Source of the DNA: Dimorphilus gyrociliatus
Lineage: Eukaryota; Animalia; Annelida
Assembly (NCBI GenBank): GCA_904063045.1
Contig: CAJFCJ010000019.1
Location: forward strand, 1,751,700 to 1,815,699
Reading direction: 5' to 3'
DNA: 64,000 bases
The translations under genes were made by a program, and so were the position numbers. The notes beneath the pieces were generated by a model. The model worked only from the letters and a program-made list of their open reading frames with translations. It did no database searches and was not told the DNA's origin. Shown here one piece after another: positions 14,401-25,416 of this stretch (its first letter is position 1; each line of letters starts with the position of its first letter).

Positions 14401-14692
14401 TCAACTTTTTTGTTGTAATAAGCGTTTATATCAACCTTATAGTACTTATTCAGTCATAAATTTAGATTTTAGCTTAACGCATTTCGACTTAAAGCTAAAT
14501 TTACTGTTAAATTGTATCAAAACAATACGATTTAATCAATTAGTATAAAAATTAGTAAGTGAAACTCCAGGTTAAATCACTCATGTGCATAGAGACAATG
14601 CACACAATTCCTTTTTCATTTTTTTTAATTAACTACATACCATCTGGAGCATCTTTTTCCTCTTGAGGAATAATTTCCTTCTCCTCATCCAT
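5412..14692 (-). CDS. CFAP44: Cilia- and flagella-associated protein 44 (WDR52): long acidic N-terminus, WD40 repeats, C-terminal coiled coil
   Basis: [74 protein letters not shown]; first exon [17 protein letters not shown] (14641-14692) is the inferred start. Confidence 0.9.
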
Positions 14693-14701
14693 TTTGAACA
14701 C

Positions 14702-14714
14702 GTTGCTAAGCAAC
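14702..14714. promoter_or_regulatory. RFX X-box (GTTGCTAAGCAAC)
   Basis: Palindrome matching the GYTRYY-N1-3-RRHRAC consensus, 10 nt upstream of the inferred ATG of ciliary gene CFAP44. Confidence 0.7.
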
Positions 14715-14902
14715 TTTCAAACTTCTTAGCAGTGCTTACGACTAAAAACCGGTACCGATTCAGACAGAGCGGAAACGGAAGCTAGCTATAACGTCCCGCG
14801 TTTGTGAATGCGGCGAGGTTTCTTTTTCTAATAAACAATTACTTAGTCAGAAGACTTCTGTGACAGGAAAATATTTAATTTATCCATTTCGAAAAAGCTC
14901 AA

Positions 14903-17178
14903 ATGAAAAGTAAGAATTCTTTACTAGAGATGATCAAATTTAGCCTAATTTCATGAAATTCTTTTGTTGATGCTACTTTTCGTTTGATTCTTTTATTCGT
15001 TTTCTTATACTGAAATCATTCCAGAAGTAGCAGAGAATCAACGAAAGAGGTCTTCATCTGGACCCTTCAAAATTGATCGTCAAGGCAAACGAGAAAAGTA
15101 CGGATCGTCGTCCCTTGCAAAACACCTGCATCAGGAAGTTAAATCGTCATCTGGTTCATGGATTGTAAGCTCAACAGATAGCTTTCAATCACAAGGTCTG
15201 ACTGATACTGATAATAGACAAGAGGATATCAGGGAAGTTTCCTTTGCCTCAGAAGTATTTTTTCCAGAAGCCGAATCAGACACTGAGCCTGTACCAGAAA
15301 AGAAAGAAAAAATTCAACCAATTTTTAGAGGAAGAGATTTCTCGTAAGTTATAATTTGCTTTAGCTTTATAGCAACAATTTAAAATATATTCATTAATTT
15401 GATGACTAGATTATATCAGCATCATGGGAAAAAACTTATTGTTTTAAAGAGAAAAGCCGATATAGCCGTTAGAGGCGTTTTTAACATACATGTCGTTCAC
15501 GGACAAATAACAATCTACGGATATTCGTTGAGCCCTGAAAATGGTTCTGTATCAATTTATTCACCAAATCGAATGACAGCAATTTCTTTGTCATATACTT
15601 ATGCCCGTAGTCTTACTTATAAGACTTATTCATTTGTTGAGGAATTCGAAGATGCTGTATGCGTGGCTATTTTAACACCCTTCGAAGATGAAAGTCTTAG
15701 GGTCATCAAATCATGTCAGTCATTTCGACGTTTATTTAATTTCGGAAACCTATCAGATTTTGACTATTTTGACGAGGATTTGAAAGTTGGATTTAATGAA
15801 ACATGCGAGAATATCCTGAAGTTTGATGACGATCATATTGATATCATTCGAGAGATAGATGAAGCCAATATGAATGGCGATGCTCCTTGCGTGGCTGTAT
15901 GCGGAGGTAGAGATACCGGAAAATCAACGCTTTGTAGATATTTAATAAATAAGTGCTTAAGCAGGTGTGTTCTTGACGTTTTTCAATAAGAGCTCATAAT
16001 AATCCTTTCTTTTTTCTAGTACGGATCAAGTAATCTATGTTGAAACGGATATTGGTCAAACAGAAACTACCGGTCCAACTTGTGCTTCTATCTCTGTGAT
16101 AACCTCTCCGCTGTTAGGTCCTCCATTCACTCACACGAATGTACCGAAATTAGAAACTGTATTTCTTGGTCATACAACGCCGGCTGATGATCCTATAAGT
16201 TATTTAAATGCTCTAAATCATTTATATCTACGACTGCAAAAATTACCTCAAAAAGTAACTACTATTATAAATACTATAGGATGGGTAAATGGACTTGGTG
16301 AACTGTTAATAGTTGACACTTTGAAAATATTTAAACCTTCTGTTATAATTCAAATATCTTCGTCGAAGCCATATCTGAATTTACCAGCGTTGACATCAGA
16401 AAAGTTAAATGGTATTGCATCGAATTTTAAAACTTCAGTTGGTAATTTGGATCATGAATTAATTCAAATAAAATCACCGACTGAAAATATTCGTATTGAT
16501 CATTCACTTCTTAACAAAGAATTAAGAGATTTGGCTTTAATATCGTCGATTTTTACCAACAAACGTAATATTTATAAAGCAAATTTTAAAGACATTGCCG
16601 TTAAAGGTGTCGGTTGTAAAGTACGAGATGGTTCACTTTTACCTTTACTATTGAACGCTCAAGTTATTGGATTATGCTCTAAACCGCAGGTTAGTTTGAT
16701 TTCTTTATTGAACCAAACTTTATTTTTTTCATTTCGCTTTTATTTGTCTTTAAAAGGATGTGGAGGTTATTCAGGGTGTCTATGATTTATGTTCAATTGA
16801 AGAGGATATTATCTGCTCTTGCTACGGATTAGGAATAGTAAAAAGTGTTGATATTGAAGATAGAATCTTCTACGTGGAGACTTCAATTGATCCTGAAGAT
16901 ATGATAAATGTTGACCTATTTATGGTTGGAGATACCTCAATACCCGTTGATATATTGCAAAATCAGGTTTGAATATCAGATATATATATATACTGTAAAT
17001 AGTTATTTATTAATAGTTTTGAAAACTCATTTTTATTATTCAGAGATCAACGTATTCGAAATCCTTCTATCTTCACAATTTTAATCCAGCTATTGGTTTA
17101 GGTTCAGTTAAAGAGAGTCGAAAAGTATTTCAATCAAGAAATACACCAAATCGCGACGTGCAAGCAGTCGATAACTAA
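14903..17178 (+). CDS. NOL9: Polynucleotide 5'-hydroxyl kinase NOL9/Grc3
   Basis: P-loop VCGGRDTGKSTLCRYLIN, ETDIGQTE, PLLGPPFTH, IINTIGWVNGLG, CYGLGIVKSVD; the N-terminal exons are less certain. Confidence 0.85.
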
Positions 17179-17210
17179 TTAGTAAGCAAGTGAGGGTGTC
17201 AATTTCATTA

Positions 17211-18947
17211 CTATTTAACGCATTCAGGCTTGACGGGATCGATTTTACGACGATTCGTTCTACTGGATGGTAAAGCCTCAAAATATTCATTCATACCTGT
17301 TTTTCGTAATTAGAGTAATAAGAAAAGTTAAAAAAAAAACTCATAAAAATTGAGAATTTTTTAAGAAATAAAATAAAAAGAGAAATGCAATTATTCTTAC
17401 TATTATCGAATTTTAATGGTAATTCTCCTTCACATAATTTCTGCTCTTGTTCGCTAATGGAAACCTTGAGAGAAAAATTTTTCCCACCTAGCTCCTCCAT
17501 GATATCATCAGTTACTAATATCTCGTTGACTTTCGCTTGCAACTCTCCAGATTTATATAGTTCGTATAAAGAGCGTACATCAGACTTTGTAGAGCAGATG
17601 ACTGACAAATAGGCTCCAACCCTACTCACTTGATCAAGTATTACTCGTCTGTTGTCTTGAAAGAGTGAGACTATAGGATGGGTACCTATTTTATCTTGTT
17701 CTTCCAGAGCGTCCAATAATCGAAGCAAAACTTTATTTAGAGCGTAATTCTTAAAAGCTTTGTCCTTATCATCTGACTCGCCTCTTAATTGCACAAGTAA
17801 TTCTCCCTTCTTTCTTCGACGAGTTTCACAAATTGGACCTCGGGAAATTTCGTTTGCGGCCTCCTGTAAGCCGCATTCTTTTAATGCTCTTATTACAGAT
17901 GAGGCCTTATATTCTTGTAATCCAACTAGAGAACGCCATTTGTAGAGAGCCCTCATGCACTTCTCCCTTGTTCGACCGGAGAAGGATGTCTCAATTTTTG
18001 CAATATCTGCTTTATTTAGGCGTAAAGAAACTGCTAATCGGCGCCACTCATTGTGAACATTATCAGTCACTTTAAGGAGAATATCTCTCATGCGAACTGC
18101 AATTGAAGATAATTGAAAATAAATTAGGATGTTTTATTACGCAGGTCATTAACCCACTTTCTCTCTCTACATGAAGTGCTAAAATATCGTCAATTGAAGA
18201 TTGAGAAAAAGCAATTCTGGTAGTTAAATCTGTGGAAAGGATTAGTAGGAATATATATATATATATATCCTGTTAAGCAATGGATTAATAATAATACCAG
18301 CTAATCTATTGAATCTACATTCTTTTAATGCGTCTAAAATGTCATTTAATATACGTCCGTTTAATTTCCTATCACCTCTCCATTTTGTCAACATATTCCA
18401 AGATTGCTCTTCAACTTTGCCGCTAGTTTTTTCAATATCCTTTTCAGGAGAAAAAGAATCAGATAATAAACAAATTTACGTGAAAGAGAAAAGAATGAAC
18501 TGGATAAACATATATAATTTATATATAAATTTATATATATATATATATAGATTGTATTACCGCAATGTCTATTTTGGAAAATTTTAGACTTTTTGCCACT
18601 ATCCTCCAATCATAACTAACATTATCATTTATGATGCGAAGAATTTGTCGAAATCCTGTTAAAGAATGTATTATTACATGTATATAGATGCAAATAAATA
18701 TTGTATAAAGAGTATACTATTCTAGATTTAAGATATCTTACTATCTTCTTCTTTTCCTTCTCCTTTGCCTTTTACCTCCTTTTCCTTTGAGTTCATCTGT
18801 GCAGTCTGTGTGCTTCCTTTCACCTATAGTTACAAACTATATAGACCTAGTATTTATTTAATTTATTGGCTGACTTTGATCGATCTGTTTTGACTATTAA
18901 TTCCTTTATTTTCCTTATTTTTTTTTTACCTGACAAACTTTTCGCAT
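17211..18947 (-). CDS. Protein with two tandem death domains and a C-terminal TRADD-N-like region
   Basis: DD1 VSYDWRIVAKSLKFSKIDIA|DIE...WNMLTKWR...ILDALKEC; DD2 VHNEWRRLAVSLRLNKADIAKIE...RALYKWR...VIRALKECGLQEAA; canonical GT-AG junctions; start exon uncertain. Confidence 0.7.
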
Positions 18948-20183
18948 AGAAATGTCGAAATCAAATGAAGAAGGTAGTTTAAGAACGTTCAATATATACT
19001 TTCGTATTTTCTATTTAACAGATTTACCGCCTATTCAATTCATTTAGTATTGGTATTTCTGTGTAAATACCGACGAATTTTTATTCTACGATCTTGGTTA
19101 CGTATGACAATCACGTTTGCTTGTTTTTTTTATATAAATTTATATGATCTATTTGTAACTATGACATAAAATATTCTGTGAAAGGCTGCAACTCTAATAG
19201 CCTCTTTTAAATAATAAGTTCATTTAGAAGACAAAAAATGATATATTATTAAGGAGAAAGAGTCATCCTAATTTCTAGTTCGCTATATTGTATATCATAG
19301 ATAAAATTTCTGCAATTTGTATATATTAGCAGTATTTCTTTTTTTACGATGGCCCTTATGGACATTTAGCTTTTATTCAACAATAGCATTATCATAGACA
19401 TTAGAAATTCTGATGATTACTCTTTCCCATACTAATCTATTATTGCTGCAAGTTTCATTTAATATCGCTATTAAGTAAGACAGTTTTACATATATGAAAT
19501 ATGGAATAAAAGCTAAAAAGCTAGTTTAATATTCCTTTTGTCTAACTGACACTTAGTCATGACTGAGCTAAATTGTTGTTGATGATCGTAAACTCAACAT
19601 TGAAGCATTCAATATCGCCAATAGGTCTGATGCTTTTATGCTATTGTAACAAGTAGACCTAGAAAAAAAAATATGTTGTTGTATATTTGATCATCAAAAT
19701 TTAATTTAGTAATAGATAACATTCTGATATAATCATGATTCAATGAATGCTTAATTCATGCAACTTGGGTAATCACTGAAGCGCTGTTTTAATAATAGCC
19801 CCGAGCTATAGACAGTATATTTATAAATGATAGTCATTAGTGTTGACACCTTTTCCTAAACTTCCACTCATACAGTCAGCTCGTTGACTAATGCTAATTA
19901 ATTGCAAAACCAATTAGCTAGTAAAGTTATAAATTGGCATTTGTTATAAATTTATACCGTTAGGAGCATAACTAAAGATTCTTATTTTCTGATTCACCAC
20001 TACAGGAATCTTTTTGTTTTATCGGTTATCTAATAGATAGTGATGTGATATTTTTTACATTATTATCAGTACTTTGACAGAAAATGATTGATAATTGAAT
20101 GTCTGTTCTTCAATGTATTGAATAATATTTTCCTCAAGACATAAAATTCATAAAAGCAAAAATTTTAGTGTTGTAGCTTTGCT

Positions 20184-22693
20184 TTATTTGCCATCAGCAA
20201 CAGCTTGAAGAAATTCAACAACGGTTCTCGTTGGTCTACCGGCCATTCCTTTAGTTAAATACGAAACTTCGCCTTTGTTAGACATGACACCAGCAATATC
20301 CATATGCATCCATTGATCATGCTCAACGAATTCCTAAAAATTAAAACAGATTTATTTTATACAGCATGCATTAAAAAAATTGGTTAAAAGGCGACCAAAA
20401 TGGCAAGTGAAATTGACCTTAAGGAAAGCGGCAGCTAAACAAGAGCCACCACCTTTAACACCAGTTGAGATAGTGCTGTTCAATAAGTCAGCCAATTGAC
20501 TGTCTCTCATTGTTTCTGTATAACATTTCCACAACGGCATTCTCCAGACGCGGTCTCCCGTTTGTTTACCCGCCTAAAAATGTTAAAATTAAATTCAAGT
20601 GTCTTATTTTCCAATAGTTAACGGTGACTATGCAGGTAAATCAACGGGGTTCCTTGCCATTTTGAACGACTTTTACCTTTATGATCGGAAAAAGTTGTTT
20701 AATTGCTTTTAACCTTCAAAAATGCAGCTGCCGTGCATGAACCAGCGTTACGGCCAGCTGATCCAATATTGTTTATGTCAGCTAATTGGCAGTCATTTAT
20801 TTGCTTTTTGTAGAGATTGAATAATGGCATACGCCAAACTCTATCTCCCGTTGATTTCCCAGCCTACCATGAATAAGGATTAAGGAGTAAAAAGTGAAAA
20901 ATGAAGCCTGTCTAAGATAGAGTGATCAAAGCTTACCTCATGCATTCTGGTCCATAGTTTATCAGAATTTGTAAACACACCTGCAGCCCCAGCACCCAAA
21001 GCAACCATCATCGCGCCAGTTAAAGTAGCCATATCGATAATTGCCTTTGGTTTAAAGGTCTGAGCATAACATAGGGCATCAGCAAGGACAAGACGCCCTT
21101 CGGCATCTGTATTATCAACTTGAATAGTTTTACCATTCATAGCTGTTACAACATCACCAGGTTTGGTTGCAGATCCCGAAGGCAAGTTTTCACAACAGGG
21201 AGTGAAAACTCTCAAGTTTATAGGGATTTCTAATCTAGCAGCTGCATATGCGCTTGCCAAAACGCATGCTGCACCTCCCATATCAGCTCTCATGGCGTCC
21301 ATGTTCGCAGGAGGTTTCAAGGAAATACCACCGGCATCAAAAGTAATACCCTTTCCGACAAGTGCAATGCATTGATCTCCCTCATTACCGCCTTTGTATT
21401 CAATTTCGACGAATTTTGGAGGTTCAACTGATCCATTGGTAACGCTCAAGTAACTTCCCATTTTATGACTTTCAGCCCATTCCCGATCGTGAACTTGTAC
21501 TTTAACATTCTTCAATTTTCCGATGTGTTCTTTTACCAATTCTCCTATTCTGGTTGGGGTCATTACATTTGCCGGAGTTTCCATCAAGCGACGAGCAAAG
21601 TTTTGAGCTTCAGCCAAAACGGTACCTCTCTTCCAATGACTACAGCTGTTTTCAAGGTAGCATCTTACTTTTGGAGCAGGCTTCTTCTCCGCTTTCAATT
21701 CATCGTAAACATATCTAGTTAAAGTTGAAAGGGGAAAAATACGCGATAGTGAAAAAACTCCTATTAAATATACAGTATATATAAAAACTAACGTGCAAAG
21801 AGTAGCTGCTTCAGCAGCGGCTTGAGCATTCGAGCACGGATCAACTAGAAAAAATCAGTATTAAACAATCACATTACTAAGTAGGTTGAAAAAAATAGTG
21901 AACCTTGAATGTCGTTGAAACCGGCTTCGTTTAGAGATCGAACACCTGTAGCAATGGCTGCTCTAATGTTCTCCTTGCTCTCGTCAACTTCTTCGAGAGG
22001 ATTGTAGCCAGCTCCCTTTTTTCCCAATGAAACAACAGCAATTGCTGGATAATTTTCATGGAGGCCATAGAAAACACGGCTTTTTCCTTTCTTAGAGGCC
22101 AAATTAGATCTTTAAAAAAAATATTGTATAAAAACACCTTTAAACAGCAATGGACTTACTGTTTAACCAGGTTAAGCAATTTCGAAGAAGTTTTATCGTT
22201 TACTTCCTTTGCTGCATCAGTTAAAGGAATTTCATTTTCGGAAGTAGGCTCATAAATACCCAAAACTAATCCTCTCTGTATTGAAAAGAAATGACTAATA
22301 ACCAGAATGTTAGTGTAATAGTGCCACCTTTCGTTTCATATAACAATTGAACATGGTTAAAGCGATGAATACTGTTATAAGTACGTGTCAGCACTACATT
22401 TGTTGAGGAAACTACTACCTCCTAGAATTTGAACACTTGTCCATAGTACAATTATCAATTCGGATAAAGGAACATATCAGTCGACTAAAGATAGGACTAT
22501 CATGAGTCTGCACACGACACATGCAACAACCAAGTTAGTTGTTCTTCAGTTTTATCCGAATGATAACTTGTACAGGACACGTAAGAAAAAACTGACACAT
22601 ATTACTTACGTTAGAAGTCATAGCTACTGAATAGGTTGCGAATGTTCTCGTCAATCTGAAAACCGGGACTAATCGAAAACCGATAAATACCAT
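20184..22693 (-). CDS. LAP3: Cytosol/mitochondrial leucine aminopeptidase (M17) with a duplicated penultimate exon
   Basis: [59 protein letters not shown]; all metal ligands present. Confidence 0.97.
20418..20573 (-). other. LAP3: LAP3 alternative exon B (duplicate, 156 nt, phase 0-0)
   Basis: [52 protein letters not shown], flanked by AG/GT, no stops. Confidence 0.85.
20714..20863 (-). other. LAP3: LAP3 alternative exon A (canonical, 150 nt, phase 0-0)
   Basis: [50 protein letters not shown], flanked by AG/GT. Confidence 0.9.
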
Positions 22694-22856
22694 AGTAAAA
22701 AAAAGGACGGTCAAGGTCGATTCCAGAATATTTTTCTTTTATATTCTAAGAGAATTAGCGATAATGGGAAATAATAGAAAAATTCTTTAAAAGTTGGCTT
22801 CTTAATAAACTTTTGTATAAAAATTACTAGATTAACTTAAATAATAGGAACTGAAT

Positions 22857-25005
22857 ATGAGTGCTAAATCAGCTGGTACCTTAGGGCGTATTTTTGCTCG
22901 TATCCTCCGGTTTATCCAAAATCGATGTATGGAATTATTAAAATTTCTATGGAATATCTTACCGCTACCTCTAAAAAATCGTCTTAAAAAACTGAAACTG
23001 TTATTCAATATATTGTTTTTTAATTCCCAAACGTCATGGTACACTGGACTAACAACCGCAACGGAACCGTGTAATTGGCTATTTAGCAGAGGATTAAAAT
23101 TAGCAGGACCGGTAAGGAAATTTAAAATAAATATTTAGCAAAATTGCAAAGGAAAATGCGATCATTTCCACAGATATTTGTTGTTGTTGTGGTTCTTCTC
23201 GTGACAATTGTACTCGTTGTATTCTTCGTATGCCTTCTTCCACAAAAATTTGAGGAATCACCTGGTTGGGCTTTGTGGCATTTATTCTTAGGTCACTATG
23301 TCACGTTAAATATTGGTTTTAATTACTTTATGGCCTTGAAAACTGATCCTGGAACACCTCCCAATGTAAGTTTGTAATTTAATATAGAAATTTAATGCGT
23401 TTTTTCAACATAGTTTTCTTTAACTCTTCTATTAATCTGCAGAGCGTTCCTGAAGTTGTATCCATATGCAAAAAATGTATTGCACCTAAACCTCCAAGAA
23501 CAGTAAGTTTATTAGGCGTAAAATTATACTTTATAAAATCTTTTAAGATTTTTGCTAATTGTATTAAATTTCAGCATCACTGTGATATCTGCAAAAAATG
23601 TGTATTAAAAATGGATCACCATTGCCGTATCCTTTTTTGATTCAGCATTTTTTTTTAGCTGATTAATTACATTCGTTAGCCTTACTTTTCCTTGATCATA
23701 CATTTTTTTTTCCTAAACAGCTTGGTTAAATAATTGCATAGGTCACTATAATCATCGTTATTTCTTCTTATTCTGCGCCTTTATGTTTCTGGGATGTTGC
23801 TATGTTGTTTTTTGTGCCTACGACTTCTTTCGAGATCATTACTACGGAAATGAGGTAAAAAAAAAACAAATAAAGTTAAACAAAAGCTTTTTACACCTTG
23901 ACTAATAACTCTTATAATTTTGTTATTTATTATTTTTTATCTTGTTTTTTATTAAAAAAAATACTTAACAAAATTTAACTATTTGTTCTTCTTACCTCCT
24001 AACGCCTCTCTTCAGGAATTAGGCGGTATTTTATACGTCATAACGATAATTAAAAGAAAATTAGGGTGGCAGAATGAGGTGAGCTTTAATGCATGACAAA
24101 AAAAAGGCTGCCAAGAAATTAAAAACTAATGTTTAACAAAGAAAAGAAAATTTCATAAGCATGTTTTTTTTTCTTAAAAATTTATTTCAGTGTTAAAATA
24201 TCTTGAAAGTTCTTGTAGATGTATTTGTTATTATGTAACTATATACTATAATATTATTTAACATTTTCCTTAAAAATTATAACTTTAGTTTAATTTTTTC
24301 CTATAAAAATTTATTATGCATTTTTCCTTGGCTTTTCTGTAACGCTGTTCAAACCTTTTTATTTTTTAGAAAGTTTATTCATAAAAACACATATGTTTAA
24401 AAATGGTTTTTTTCATATCTTCCTTACCTTCTTTCAGATGCATTTCCCATCAAGTATTAAAAAGATTTTAATACCTATTGGATTTGTTAGGAAAGCTATT
24501 TGGGGAAGCAATATTGCTGAGAGTCGAATTTTTACCACGAATTTAAAAGAAGGTGAATCTGTGTTATTGGTCAATGTTCCATATAGGGCTGATAAACCCC
24601 TTCTTCATGGATTTATTACATTTGAATTTATGTTATGCAGGTATTTATAAAGGTTTATGATTGATAAATCTCTGTAATTGACCATGATTTAAAAATTTTT
24701 CAAGTGGAGCTGCTTTCGCTATTTTGGGATTGACACTATGGCATGGGTCGTTGATCAGCTTAGCTCAAACAAGTATAGAAGTGCATATCAACGGCAAAGA
24801 ACGTAAGCGGTGTAAAGCTATCGGAAAGGTCTTCCACAACCCATACAATTTCGGATTTGTTCGAAATTGGAAGTTATTTCTTGGTTTATCAAAAGAACGC
24901 TCTTTCTGGAGACATATACTTTTGCCTTCTACTCATAAACCTTTAGAAGATGGCATTACGTGGCAGACGTCTTCCTATACTTTTCACCATCCTTCAAACG
25001 TATGA
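22857..25005 (+). CDS. ZDHHC16: Palmitoyltransferase ZDHHC16
   Basis: SICKKCIAPKPPRT|HHCDICKKCVLKMDHHC|PWLNNCIGHYNHRYF; LWHGSLISLAQTSIEVHIN; NPYNFG. Confidence 0.92.
23627..23720 (+). other. U12-type (minor spliceosome) GT-AG intron
   Basis: Donor GTATCCTTT and branch-like TTCCTTGAT at 23688-23696; removal restores DHHC-P-W. Confidence 0.8.
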
Positions 25006-25416
25006 AAAACTTGCTAACTAGTCATTATATGGTGTACTCTTCTTTATGTAGATTTATTAAAAGTAGAATTATGCTACTGTTACAATTTTTGAAAATAATC
25101 AAATGGAGCAATAAAAAATACGCAATAATATTAAACATACGAAGTTTAATCTCTTTTTAACAAGTTACTTGTCAAAATAGGAAGCAATATCTTACGAATA
25201 AAAACCTGATATTTAACATGTTATAAGAGAAGGTTATCATCATCTTTGTAAGTTTGCTACACGTTTTTACCGACTTGAGCGAAAAAGAGAAATTTACTCT
25301 AAAAGGTAGTAATCTTAAAATCATCTTCATCAATTTATTCAAGTGCATTGCATAAATTATTTTAGTGCAAAAAAATTGTTGATATAAAAAAAGAGAAGGA
25401 AAATAACGATGTCTTT

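Noticed and set aside
19000-20150. Possible exon fragments between the death-domain gene and LAP3
   Set aside because: All frames tried were interrupted by stops and no consistent splice model emerged
22412-22421. GAGGUAGUAG (let-7 nt 2-11) on the minus strand in LAP3 intron 1
   Set aside because: The 3' half does not match let-7 and no pre-miRNA-length stem surrounds it
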